A stretch of 64,000 nucleotides of DNA from Marispirochaeta sp. (GCA_963676835.2 CAXXFF010000001.1:864001-928000), one strand, 5' to 3'; counted from the first letter of the stretch, positions 19,032 through 28,875 are shown. The notes: generated from the sequence alone by a model not told the origin. Numbers and translations are program-made.

Positions 19032-21350
19032 ATGAAAAAGATACTTTGCCTTAGCGCAATAATTTTACTGTTTTCCGGCGCACACCTTTTCAGTGCCGAC
19101 CAGCCAGCCCTGCGGCGGTTCGCCCTGTTTATCGGTTCCAACAATGGAGGCAGCGAGCGGCAGCATCTGCTCTATGCGGAAAAAGATGCTGCAACCCTGG
19201 CAGGAGTTCTGACAGAAGTGGGCGGCATTGCCCCTTACGACTCGGTACTGCTCTCGGATCCGGCAAAAACAGATGTTGACGGTGCATTCGCATCTTTCAG
19301 AGAACGTATTGAAGCGGTTAAGTCCGGTGTAAAACGGATAGAGTTTATTCTTTACTATTCCGGTCATTCAGATGATGAAGGCCTGCTACTGGGGGAAGAG
19401 AAGTATCTCTACTCGGATCTGAGAAATAGTATAAACTCCGTGGATGCGGATGTACATATTGCCATTCTCGACTCCTGTTCCTCCGGAGCATTTACCCGGC
19501 TGAAAGGGGGAACCCGCAAGAGCCCCTTTCTGGTGGATGAATCGGTGGAGACATCGGGACATGCATTTCTTACATCCAGTTCTGAAGACGAAGCAGCCCA
19601 GGAGTCGGACTCCATCGGGGGCTCATTCTTTACCCACTACCTGGTCTCCGCCCTGAGAGGCGCCGCTGACTCAAGTCAGGATTCAAAGGTAACCCTCAAT
19701 GAAGCCTACAGCTATGCTTCCAACGAAACCCTGGCCAGAACCGAAAACAGTCAGGCAGGCCCCCAGCATCCGTCATACGATATAAAACTGACCGGTTCGG
19801 GAGACCTTGTTCTTACGGACCTGCGATCCACCGATGCGGTGGTGGAACTAGATGCAGCCATCGACGGCCGGCTCTTCCTGCGGGACAGTCAGGGCCGGCT
19901 GGTTGCGGAAATGCGCAAGCTTAAAGGAATTCCCATGGCACTGGCACTTCCTGCGGGCCTCTATTCTGCAACCCTCCAGACAGACAGCCGGCTGATGCAG
20001 GCGGATCTTCTGGTCAGAAGTTCCTATAAGGCTATGGTCTCACCCGCAGATTTTACTCCCCTGGACAGGGAAGGTACCCGCAGCCGGGGAAATCGCGAGT
20101 TCCCCTACTACACCCCCGGCCTGCCTTCAGACCCCCCGTCGGGAATTATCGGAGAAATACGCAGCGATCTCTACAACTCCCTGAACTGGGATCTTAACCG
20201 GGATCCGTCAGAACTTAAGCACCTCAATAACTGCTTCAGCCTGATTACCCCCCCGTCCATGGCCACCGACACGGTTATCCATAATTTCGGCCTCTATCTG
20301 GTGGGGACCAGCTACCGCCTCGAAGGCTTCGGACTGGGTATAGCAGGCATGCAGGTACAGGACATGCATGGTGCCCAGCTCAGCTCGGTCTTTTCCATAA
20401 CCGGCGGGGACTCACTCGGCTTTGCCGGTGCGGGTGTGTTCACCATAACCGGCGGCGATATGATCGGTGCAGCCAGTTCCGGCGTATTCAACATTGCCGG
20501 AGGAGATGCCTCCTTTTTCCAGGGAGCAGGGCTTTTCAACCTGGCCGAGGGAGAACTGACAGGGGTTCAGTCAGCCGGACTTTTCAACATAAGCGGTGAC
20601 GGAGTACGAGGTGTACAGGCTGCAGGGCTTTTCAATATCAACAACAACGATACATCCGGTGTACAGGCGGCGGGGCTTTTCAATGTCAGCTCCGGCCAGA
20701 CCTCGGGGGTTCAGGCTTCGGGAATGCTGAATATCGCGGAAGAGACCTCGGGAGTTCAGATTGGTGCAATCAACATTGCGGAGAATATCAGCGGGATTCA
20801 GGCAGGGGTTATCAATATTTCCGAAAATATGGACGGCCTGGCTCTTGGACTGATAAATATCTCATCCAACGGTCTGCACAATATGTCCGGCTGGACAGAT
20901 GATGCAGACTACCTCTACTTCGGGTACCAGTTAGGCGCCGGTGTAAGCTATACGGTTTTTTACGGCGGAGCACCCATGGACGGCGGGACAGAGGCGGGGC
21001 TTGTTTCCGGCCTTGGACTGGGCTTGCATCTTCCGCTGGGAACATTATATGCGGATATTGATCTTTCTGCGAAGATGGAGGTTCCCGGAGAGAGCGGAAC
21101 AGAGCAGGCAGGACAGTTTTACAACTATTCCGAAGAGAAGATTATCTGGCCGTCCCTGCGGGCATCCCTGGGCATGGAACTCTTCGGCGGTCTGGCTGTT
21201 TTCGGGGGAGTTACCCTGGAAGGATATATCCCGGAGGTCACCAACTTTTCGGAAACCTTTCACAGCGGATCAAGCAGCACGGTGCCTCTCTTTGACAGCG
21301 GCACCGACATGGAAATATTTCCGAAAATGTTTTTCGGTATCAGAGTTTAA
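19032..21350 (+). CDS. Exported caspase-family (peptidase C14) protein with GxQ repeat solenoid and probable C-terminal beta-barrel
   Basis: Signal peptide; FALFIGSN, YYSGH(112)S, ILDSC(149)SSG, GSFFTHYLVSALRGAAD; repeats at about aa 445-612. Confidence 0.88.
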   Translation: MKKILCLSAIILLFSGAHLFSADQPALRRFALFIGSNNGGSERQHLLYAEKDAATLAGVLTEVGGIAPYDSVLLSDPAKTDVDGAFASFRERIEAVKSGVKRIEFILYYSGHSDDEGLLLGEEKYLYSDLRNSINSVDADVHIAILDSCSSGAFTRLKGGTRKSPFLVDESVETSGHAFLTSSSEDEAAQESDSIGGSFFTHYLVSALRGAADSSQDSKVTLNEAYSYASNETLARTENSQAGPQHPSYDIKLTGSGDLVLTDLRSTDAVVELDAAIDGRLFLRDSQGRLVAEMRKLKGIPMALALPAGLYSATLQTDSRLMQADLLVRSSYKAMVSPADFTPLDREGTRSRGNREFPYYTPGLPSDPPSGIIGEIRSDLYNSLNWDLNRDPSELKHLNNCFSLITPPSMATDTVIHNFGLYLVGTSYRLEGFGLGIAGMQVQDMHGAQLSSVFSITGGDSLGFAGAGVFTITGGDMIGAASSGVFNIAGGDASFFQGAGLFNLAEGELTGVQSAGLFNISGDGVRGVQAAGLFNINNNDTSGVQAAGLFNVSSGQTSGVQASGMLNIAEETSGVQIGAINIAENISGIQAGVINISENMDGLALGLINISSNGLHNMSGWTDDADYLYFGYQLGAGVSYTVFYGGAPMDGGTEAGLVSGLGLGLHLPLGTLYADIDLSAKMEVPGESGTEQAGQFYNYSEEKIIWPSLRASLGMELFGGLAVFGGVTLEGYIPEVTNFSETFHSGSSSTVPLFDSGTDMEIFPKMFFGIRV
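20361..20870 (+). repeat. Intragenic 14-16 aa tandem repeats (GVQxAGLFNIxxGD / GxQxGxINIxEN)
   Basis: About 11 consecutive units visible in the translation. Confidence 0.85.
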
Positions 21351-21378
21351 GCATCAGAGTTTAAGCATCAGAGTTTAA
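21339..21378. repeat. Tandem 14-bp repeat ATCAGAGTTTAAGC, about 2.9 copies
   Basis: Copies at 21339-21352, 21353-21366 and a 12-nt partial at 21367-21378. Confidence 0.95.
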
Positions 21379-22468
21379 TAAGCCCACCGCCAAGGACAAG
21401 ATCGTCCCGGTAGACCACCGCTGACTGTCCCGGAGTAAGCGCTTCGGGACGGATCAGTTCCACCGCTGCCGTTCCGTCTGCAGCGGGAATAATCCGGCAT
21501 TCCACCGGCCTGCTGTTATAGCGGATCTTTACTTCACCCTCTATCTGTTCCGGTAGATCCCGGAAAAACCAGTTGCACTCACGGAGTCCGAAGCGGGTGC
21601 CCCCCAGTTCATCCTTCCGCCCGACTACAACCCTGTTTGTTTCCGCTTCAGTGCGGATCACAAACCAGGGCCCGTTACCCAGACCGAGGCCCTGACGCTG
21701 CCCGACGGTATAGCCGATATAGCCGTTATGACTCCCCAGTACGGTACCTGCGGTATCAACAATATCTCCGGGCTGATTGCCCCGGGGGTTTCCGGTAAAG
21801 GATGCAATGAAATCGGTATATTTACCGGGGATAAAACAGGCATCCTGGCTCTCTCTGGCCGAGGCGGAAGGCAGATCATGTTCCACTGCAATCTTTACTA
21901 CTTCGGTTTTCTCAAGATCCCCCAGGGGAAATACAAGATTGGGAAGCATCTCTTTGCGGATCTGATAGAGCATATAGCTCTGATCCTTTCTGGGATCCCG
22001 GCCTTTCATCAGAAAAATCCCATCTTCGGTTTCGGCTGTTCGTACATAGTGACCGGTAGCCATGCGCAGAGATTCTCCGGGAGCAAGAAACTCCTTCGCC
22101 TTCAGTACTTCCACCAGTCGCTGATAAAAGAGAGAAAAGCGCATCCGCTGATTACAGCGGACACAGGGGTTCGGAGTCTCTCCGGCAAGATAGGTATCCA
22201 CAAAGTCATTGATAACAAGCCTGGCAAAATCGTCCACCAGATCTTCCTGATAATACGCAATGCCAAGACGTTCCGCAGTCATTCGGGCCCGGTCCAGCAG
22301 CTCCGGCGAACAGCAGTCACCGTTGGGATAGATATAGTGGCTTACCCCGGCAAGCCTGTCGGTTTTTCCACTGAGCAGAAAAGCGGCTACCGAGGAATCA
22401 ACACCTCCGGAGAGCCCTACTGCAACGGGTTTACCGTCTAAATTTGAAAGGGGATTAATATAAGTCAT
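21368..22468 (-). CDS. mnmA: tRNA 2-thiouridine(34) synthase MnmA
   Basis: SGGVDS, TPNPCVRCN, ATGHY, KDQSY, ESQDACF, TPGQSAV motifs. Confidence 0.96.
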   Translation of the reverse strand: MTYINPLSNLDGKPVAVGLSGGVDSSVAAFLLSGKTDRLAGVSHYIYPNGDCCSPELLDRARMTAERLGIAYYQEDLVDDFARLVINDFVDTYLAGETPNPCVRCNQRMRFSLFYQRLVEVLKAKEFLAPGESLRMATGHYVRTAETEDGIFLMKGRDPRKDQSYMLYQIRKEMLPNLVFPLGDLEKTEVVKIAVEHDLPSASARESQDACFIPGKYTDFIASFTGNPRGNQPGDIVDTAGTVLGSHNGYIGYTVGQRQGLGLGNGPWFVIRTEAETNRVVVGRKDELGGTRFGLRECNWFFRDLPEQIEGEVKIRYNSRPVECRIIPAADGTAAVELIRPEALTPGQSAVVYRDDLVLGGGLIKL

Positions 22469-22517
22469 ATAGTAAGGAATTTAACGGAAAACAGTCATAG
22501 AGTATAGATGTCGACAC

Positions 22518-23879
22518 TCAGCCATCATTGAGTTCCACTTTGTTTTTTTCTCTGTCCAGATAGAATGTTCCCCTGGGAACAGAGGAAGTTATTCTGCGGA
22601 TAACCTGGCAGATCTCCAGGGTAACCCCGGGAAAGACAGTATCCCGGGAGATAATTTTCGCCTCGGCATTAGCCCGGATTCCCCGAAGATCATCTTCTGC
22701 AGCAGCTCTAATCTCTTCCATGGCAGAAGCGGTACGGTGAATCAGCTTATCCAGGTCGCCCTGACTGCCGGAAGAGATAACTGCAGCCTTCTGCATGGCC
22801 TCAAGGGTATCTGCTTTAAGCTGCAAAGCCTGAAGAACCCTCTTCCGTTCCCGGTAGCTCCGCAGTTTACGAAAATCGGTACCTGCGGATATGCTTGTTT
22901 TCTGTCCGGCGGAATTTCCAAGCTGTCTGGCATCAACCCCGGCAAGGGCATGTACATCGGCATTGAATATCCTGCCTTTTTCTCCGCATATTACCTTGCC
23001 CAGACTGTAGACGGCACTGTGCAGGATGCCGCCATCGACAGAGAGGGAACCGCGGCACTCGAGATGCACATTTTCAACAAACCTGGCAGTGATATTTCCT
23101 CCAACCTTAAGCTGCCCTTTTCCCCGTCCCAGAAGACCGCCTTCAACAAAAAGATCACCTTTAATGCGGATATCACTCACCGCCAGGGGCACGGTGGAAT
23201 GGAGATCCCCGCCGCAGCTTAAAGAAAAACCGTCGCCGATTTCGCCGGTAAGCAGAATATCGCCGGGATAGCGTATATTCCCGGTACTGAAATCAACCCC
23301 GGAAATCTCAAGTACGGGGCTTATACTGAAGCGGACCCCTTCAAAAACAAACCGTCCCCCTATGGAGGCCTTAATATAGTCACCTTCCCGGTAGGTATTT
23401 TCTCCCGGCTCAAAGGGAATACGTTTCTTGATTCCCGCAGCTACAGCTTCTCCGGTGACTGTTTCCCCGGGAATTCCTTCTTCCGCCGGTTTAAAACGGG
23501 CCAGCGACTCCCCTTGAGATACAATAATGAAGGGACTGGCTTCGTGAAAATCAACCCGACCGCCCTTCTCTTTACCGTAAAGCCTGGTGTGAAACAGTTT
23601 CTGAGCCAGCTTCAGGTATGCCGGATCGGCATCTTCCGGCGCCCGTCCCCGGGCTATACAGTATTCACCTGAAGGATGATCTTTCCTATTACACTCCCCC
23701 ACAGCAAGTTTCAGCTGGTCATAATCAATCCCTGAGACAACACCTGCCTGCGAAAGGATAGCCTCCGCCTCTTCCAGCTCCAGACAGGCTCCTCTGCCGT
23801 GGGGAGAAAGGAAAATACCATGGGCTTCCATTTTATTTTCTGAGATTTTAACCTGTATATACGAGTCGCGGTTTTCCAT
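22518..23879 (-). CDS. FapA/DUF342 family protein (flagellar assembly protein A-like)
   Basis: GVVSGID, IARGRAP, VDFSTGNI and beta-helix-like repeats; start moved to ATG 23879. Confidence 0.85.
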   Translation of the reverse strand: MENRDSYIQVKISENKMEAHGIFLSPHGRGACLELEEAEAILSQAGVVSGIDYDQLKLAVGECNRKDHPSGEYCIARGRAPEDADPAYLKLAQKLFHTRLYGKEKGGRVDFHEASPFIIVSQGESLARFKPAEEGIPGETVTGEAVAAGIKKRIPFEPGENTYREGDYIKASIGGRFVFEGVRFSISPVLEISGVDFSTGNIRYPGDILLTGEIGDGFSLSCGGDLHSTVPLAVSDIRIKGDLFVEGGLLGRGKGQLKVGGNITARFVENVHLECRGSLSVDGGILHSAVYSLGKVICGEKGRIFNADVHALAGVDARQLGNSAGQKTSISAGTDFRKLRSYRERKRVLQALQLKADTLEAMQKAAVISSGSQGDLDKLIHRTASAMEEIRAAAEDDLRGIRANAEAKIISRDTVFPGVTLEICQVIRRITSSVPRGTFYLDREKNKVELNDG

Positions 23880-23983
23880 CAGCACTACTGCAGTTTCATC
23901 CTCTGTATGTATATCGGCCGGAAGAGCTAAAAATAACCCTTTTGTAATAATTTCGCCGAAACTGCTTGCCAAAACCGCCAGTT

Positions 23984-24022
23984 TATGCAATTTTATACAT
24001 TCATACGGAATAAATATACAGA
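23984..24022 (+). promoter_or_regulatory. Tandem ARG boxes (ArgR operator)
   Basis: 18-bp boxes TATGCAATTTTATACATT (23984-24001) and ACGGAATAAATATACAGA (24005-24022), 3 bp apart, directly before argR. Confidence 0.8.
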
Positions 24023-24032
24023 AGAGTGCGGG

Positions 24033-24503
24033 ATGAAATTACGCGATGACAGACTCCGGATGATAGTCCGGATTATTAAAGACAATCGTATCTCCAGTCA
24101 GGAAGCACTGCTTACAGAGCTGGAAAAAGAGGGGATAAACGTCACCCAGGCGACCCTCTCCCGGGATCTGAAACTTCTGAAGGTCGGTAAGGTCTCCGAC
24201 GGCTGGAACGGGTACTACTACACCATGCCCGAGAGCGAGGTATCCCCGGATACCCAGAGAGCTTACATTCAGGATCTGCAGAGAGGCTTTCTCTCTCTGG
24301 ATTTTTCCGGCAACATGGGGGTAATCAAGACCCTGCAGGGACATGCGGACAGCGTGGCATTTGCCATAGACCGCTTTAATCTTGACTGCATCCTGGGAAC
24401 CATTGCCGGTGACGACACTATCTTTCTGGTCCTGAAAGATGATAAGGGTCCCGACGACCTTATTACCCACCTGAGCGAACTTATGCCGGACCTGGAACTT
24501 TAA
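24033..24503 (+). CDS. argR: Arginine repressor
   Basis: VTQATLSRDL and GTIAGDDTI motifs. Confidence 0.96.
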   Translation: MKLRDDRLRMIVRIIKDNRISSQEALLTELEKEGINVTQATLSRDLKLLKVGKVSDGWNGYYYTMPESEVSPDTQRAYIQDLQRGFLSLDFSGNMGVIKTLQGHADSVAFAIDRFNLDCILGTIAGDDTIFLVLKDDKGPDDLITHLSELMPDLEL

Positions 24504-24512
24504 ATATCAAGG

Positions 24513-25538
24513 ATGCACCCAATGAAAGCAGCAATACTCGGAGCCACCGGATACACCGGCATGATTCTCAGCCGGCTTCTCAGCAACCATAAGGATATAG
24601 ACCTGATTCTTCCGGTTTCATCTTCCCGGGCAGGCAAGGCAATTGCCGAATTTGATAATGGTTTTGTTGAGCCTGAGAAACTGCTCCGTCCGGAATATCT
24701 CTCCTTAAATGAGATGGCATCAGAAAATCCCGAAGTCATCTTCGCCTGCCTGCCCCATCTGGCCTCCGCCGAAATCTGTGCTCCTTTTGTGGGAAAGAGC
24801 GTGGTGATCGACCTTTCAGCTGATTTCCGCATATCCGATGCTGAGCTTTTTGAATCAGCCTACGGAGTAAAAATGCCTTCAGCTCCGGCGAAACCTGTAT
24901 ACGGTCTTCCCGAGTTTTACGCTGATGCTGTAAAAACCGCCGATCTTATTGCCAACCCGGGCTGCTACCCCACCGCCACAATGCTGCCCCTGCTTCCCCT
25001 GCTGAAAGCCGGTGTTACCGCAGGGCCGGCCATTGTCAATGCTATTTCAGGTATTTCCGGCGCCGGCCGCAAGGCCGTTGACAATAACCTTTTCTGCGAA
25101 AGAAGCGAGAATGCCGGGGCCTACAATCCGGGAAGAACCCACCGTCACTGGTCGGAAATGACTGACCAGGCCCGGCAGAACGGCTCGGAGACAATGATAT
25201 ACTTTACTCCCCATCTTGCCCCCCTGCGCCGGGGAATGTCGGTGAGTACCACCATTGATACTGCCGGAATCGATGCAGCAGCGGTTGCAGAGATCTACAG
25301 CAAAACCTTTGCCGATACCCCTTTTGTAAGGATTCTCGACAAACGTCTGCCCCAGACGCGGGAAGTGTGCGGCTCAAACCGCTGCGATATCTCTTTCCGC
25401 ATGGACGGCAGCAGGCTTTTTCTGTTCTCGTGTATCGACAACCTGGTCAAGGGTGCCTCGGGACAGGCAGTGCAGAACATGAATATCCGCTTCGGCTTTA
25501 ACGAAACCGAAGGGCTGGAACTATCGGGACTTGTATAG
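24513..25538 (+). CDS. argC: N-acetyl-gamma-glutamyl-phosphate reductase
   Basis: GATGYTG, IANPGCYPT, SGAGR, DNLVKGASGQAVQNMN (start may be 24522). Confidence 0.96.
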   Translation: MHPMKAAILGATGYTGMILSRLLSNHKDIDLILPVSSSRAGKAIAEFDNGFVEPEKLLRPEYLSLNEMASENPEVIFACLPHLASAEICAPFVGKSVVIDLSADFRISDAELFESAYGVKMPSAPAKPVYGLPEFYADAVKTADLIANPGCYPTATMLPLLPLLKAGVTAGPAIVNAISGISGAGRKAVDNNLFCERSENAGAYNPGRTHRHWSEMTDQARQNGSETMIYFTPHLAPLRRGMSVSTTIDTAGIDAAAVAEIYSKTFADTPFVRILDKRLPQTREVCGSNRCDISFRMDGSRLFLFSCIDNLVKGASGQAVQNMNIRFGFNETEGLELSGLV

Positions 25539-26306
25539 ATGAGTGAACTTTGTGTCGTTAAAATAGGTGGCCGCCCTCTGGCGGACGAAGAGAGCCTCAA
25601 GCTTCTCTGCAGCGAGCTTAAAGCCGCAGCGGAAGAGACCCCTCTGGCGATTGTCCACGGCGGCGGAAGCGAGGTAAGCAGAATCTCCCGCATATTCGGG
25701 CTGGAACCGGTCTTCATCGACGGCAAACGGCAGACCAGTCCGGAAGAGATGGATGTTGTGGAGATGGTGCTGGCGGGACGGATGAACACCCTGCTGGTGC
25801 GCTCCCTCAACATCGAAGGCTTGAAGGCAGTGGGACTCTCCGGCTGCGATGCAGGCCTCATAACAGGAGAAGCCCTTTCCGGGGAAAGCCGTACCGGCCG
25901 AATTATCAGTGCGGAAGGAAAGCTTCTGGCCGACCTTATGCAGACAGGTTATCTGCCGGTCTGCTCTTCGGTGGCAATGGACACTGCAGGGGGAGCTCTG
26001 AATATTAATGCCGACGAGGCGGCTCTTGAACTGGCCGTCTCTGTTGATGCAGCCCGGCTGATCTACCTGTCGGATGTACCGGGGATTCAGCTCAAGGGCA
26101 GCATAATCCCCAGGCTCAACAAGGAAGAGGCTGAGGCGGAAATTTCCGGAGGAGAAATCTCCGGAGGCATGATCCCCAAGGTACGCTCCTCCTTTGAAGG
26201 GCTGGAACGGGGAATCGGAGAAATTATTATCGGCGGATGTGAAAAACCCGGCGATTTAAAGGCGCTTCTTGCCGGCGCAGGAACCCATCTGCATCTGCAG
26301 AAATGA
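25539..26306 (+). CDS. argB: Acetylglutamate kinase
   Basis: VVKIGG, IVHGGG, NINAD, SGGMIPK motifs. Confidence 0.93.
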   Translation: MSELCVVKIGGRPLADEESLKLLCSELKAAAEETPLAIVHGGGSEVSRISRIFGLEPVFIDGKRQTSPEEMDVVEMVLAGRMNTLLVRSLNIEGLKAVGLSGCDAGLITGEALSGESRTGRIISAEGKLLADLMQTGYLPVCSSVAMDTAGGALNINADEAALELAVSVDAARLIYLSDVPGIQLKGSIIPRLNKEEAEAEISGGEISGGMIPKVRSSFEGLERGIGEIIIGGCEKPGDLKALLAGAGTHLHLQK

Positions 26307-26319
26307 AACAGGAGAAAGT

Positions 26320-27549
26320 ATGGCTAAAATACCCATGAACAAGAGTTTTCAATTTGCCCACAACCCGCCCCTCCCCAACACCTATGCCCGTTCCCTTCTT
26401 CTGATTGATCACGGCAAAGGCTCCTGGCTGTTCGATGCAGACGGAAACAAGTATCTCGATTTCGGCTCAGGAATTGCAGTAAACTCCCTCGGTCACGGCC
26501 GGGAGGATCTTGCGGAGATTGCCGCAGAACAGATGAAAAAGGTTGTACATGTATCCAACCTCTACACCACAGAGCCCACCCTGCAGTGTGCAGGCCGGTT
26601 GGTTAATATGGGAGATTTTGATGCGGTTTACTTCGGGAACTCCGGAACAGAAGCGGTAGAAGCCGCTCTGAAGTTCGCAAGACTCTATGCCATGCGGACA
26701 AAAGGTGAAGGACACCACAAGATAGCCAGTTTTTCAGGCGCCTTTCACGGACGGACCCTGGGAGCCCTCTCGGCCACCCCCACTGCGGCATATCAGGACC
26801 CCTTCAAACCCCTTGTGCCTGGATACGTAACCCTTCCCTATAACGATACGGCTGCCCTTGAGGAGACCCTCGACGACAGCTTTGCGGCGGTTATTGTAGA
26901 ACCCCTTCAGGGAGAAGGCGGTCTTAAAAATGTGACCCCTGAGTTTGCATCCGCCCTGAATAAAATCTGCCGCAAGTATGACATCGCCCTCATTGCCGAT
27001 GAAGTACAGACCGGCTTGAGCAGAACCGGAGAGATCCTCGCCTCTTCATGGGCGGGGCTCGAGCCCGACATGGTAACCCTGGCAAAACCTCTTGCAGGCG
27101 GACTGCCTCTCTCTGCGGTACTGATCCCGGAGAGAATCAACAATCAGATAAAGGTCGGGGATCATGCATCCACCTTTGGAGGCGGTCCGGTAACCACCGC
27201 AGTTGCGGCAGCAGTACTGGACAAGCTGTGCGACTACTCCTTTATTCTGGAAGTTCAGAAAAAAGGAGCACACCTTGCGTCCAGATTGGCTGCCATGTGT
27301 GAAAAATATCCTCAGGCCAAAAGCGTCAGAGGGAAAGGACTTCTTGCAGGACTTGAGATGAACTACAGCGGTGACGACCTGAAGGCAAAAATGGGCGCCC
27401 TGCTGACCAAACTGCAGAAGAAAGGGCTTCTTGCCCTGCGCTCGGGTACAAATATCCTGCGGATTGCACCTCCGCTGGTAATAGAGATTTCAGAAATTGA
27501 TGAAGGCTGCGATATTATCGAAGCAGTCCTTGCAGAAGAGAACGCTTAA
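26320..27549 (+). CDS. argD: Acetylornithine aminotransferase
   Basis: NSGTEAVE, FHGRT, DEVQTG, AKPLAGG; SD GGAG before ATG 26320. Confidence 0.93.
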   Translation: MAKIPMNKSFQFAHNPPLPNTYARSLLLIDHGKGSWLFDADGNKYLDFGSGIAVNSLGHGREDLAEIAAEQMKKVVHVSNLYTTEPTLQCAGRLVNMGDFDAVYFGNSGTEAVEAALKFARLYAMRTKGEGHHKIASFSGAFHGRTLGALSATPTAAYQDPFKPLVPGYVTLPYNDTAALEETLDDSFAAVIVEPLQGEGGLKNVTPEFASALNKICRKYDIALIADEVQTGLSRTGEILASSWAGLEPDMVTLAKPLAGGLPLSAVLIPERINNQIKVGDHASTFGGGPVTTAVAAAVLDKLCDYSFILEVQKKGAHLASRLAAMCEKYPQAKSVRGKGLLAGLEMNYSGDDLKAKMGALLTKLQKKGLLALRSGTNILRIAPPLVIEISEIDEGCDIIEAVLAEENA

Positions 27550-27565
27550 GAAGAAGGAGACTCGT

Positions 27566-28846
27566 ATGATTAAGCACAAACGGGAAATAAAAAAGATCGT
27601 CCTTGCCTACTCCGGCGGACTGGATACATCCATAATCATCCCATGGCTGAAAGAGCACTACAACAATGCCGAGATTGTCGGTATCTGTACTAACGTAGGT
27701 CAGGATGAAGACTGGGACGGCATGGAGAAGAAGGCCCTCGCATCGGGTGCTTCCAAACTCTACATAAAGGATATCCGGGAAGAGTTTGCCCGGGATTTCC
27801 TCTTCCGCATTGTACGGGCCGGCGCACGCTATGAAGGGAAATACCTTCTGGGAACCTCCATTGCACGTCCCCTTCAGGCAAAATGCCAGGTAGAGGTTGC
27901 ACTGCAGGAAGATGCCGACGCGGTAGCCCACGGCTGTACCGGAAAAGGCAACGACCAGGTACGCTTCGAGCTTACCTACAAGGCGCTGGCGCCCCAGCTT
28001 GAGGTAATCGCTCCCTGGAGAGTCTGGGATATCCGCAGCCGTGAAGATGCCATTGAGTATGCGGAAGAACGGGGAATCAACCTGGGAACCATCAGCAAGA
28101 AGAACATCTACTCCAGAGACTGGAATATCTGGCATATGAGTCACGAGGGAGGCGACCTGGAAGATCCCTGGAACCGGCCCAAAAACGAAATGTTCCAGCT
28201 CACCAAGTCTCCCATGGATGCCCCCGACGAAGAGACCGAAATCACCATCGACTTTGTTAAGGGTTTCCCTGTGGGCATCAACGGCAAAAAGATGTCAGCC
28301 CTGGAACTGCTCACCGAACTGAATAAACTGGGTGCTGCCAACGGAATAGGACGCACCGACTGTGTCGAAACCCGCGTTGTGGGCATGAAGAGCCGCGGCG
28401 TCTACGAAACTCCTGCAGGTGAAATTCTTATGACCGCCCTTGCAGAACTGGAGATGATGACCATGGACTTCAACACCCTGGGCTTCAAGCGCAGCATGAG
28501 CCACCAGTATGCGGACATTGTGTATGCCGGAAAATGGTACACCACCTTCAGGGAATCCATGGATGCATTTATGGATAAGGCCTATCAGTATGTAACCGGA
28601 GCAGTTCGACTTGTGCTCTACAAAGGCAATGTAATTATCGCCGGACGTAAATCTGCCAACTCTTTGTACATAGAAGACCTTGCATCCTTCGGTGAGAGCT
28701 CTTATGATCATGGTGATGCCACGGGCTTTATCAACCTTTACGGACTTGCCACCGGGGTTGAGGCCATGGTACATAAAAGAATAGATGCCGAGGAGGGACA
28801 GGCGCCGGACATGAAGCATGTGGCGGCTACCTTCCACGACAAATAG
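27566..28846 (+). CDS. argG: Argininosuccinate synthase
   Basis: LAYSGGLDTS, HGCTGKGNDQVRFE, GMKSRGVYETP motifs. Confidence 0.97.
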   Translation: MIKHKREIKKIVLAYSGGLDTSIIIPWLKEHYNNAEIVGICTNVGQDEDWDGMEKKALASGASKLYIKDIREEFARDFLFRIVRAGARYEGKYLLGTSIARPLQAKCQVEVALQEDADAVAHGCTGKGNDQVRFELTYKALAPQLEVIAPWRVWDIRSREDAIEYAEERGINLGTISKKNIYSRDWNIWHMSHEGGDLEDPWNRPKNEMFQLTKSPMDAPDEETEITIDFVKGFPVGINGKKMSALELLTELNKLGAANGIGRTDCVETRVVGMKSRGVYETPAGEILMTALAELEMMTMDFNTLGFKRSMSHQYADIVYAGKWYTTFRESMDAFMDKAYQYVTGAVRLVLYKGNVIIAGRKSANSLYIEDLASFGESSYDHGDATGFINLYGLATGVEAMVHKRIDAEEGQAPDMKHVAATFHDK

Positions 28847-28875
28847 AAAGAACATAAACCATTAAGGAGCAGCCG

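Noticed and set aside
21339..21378. Tandem repeat as a CRISPR array
   Set aside because: No spacers, the unit is only 14 bp, and no cas genes are in the window
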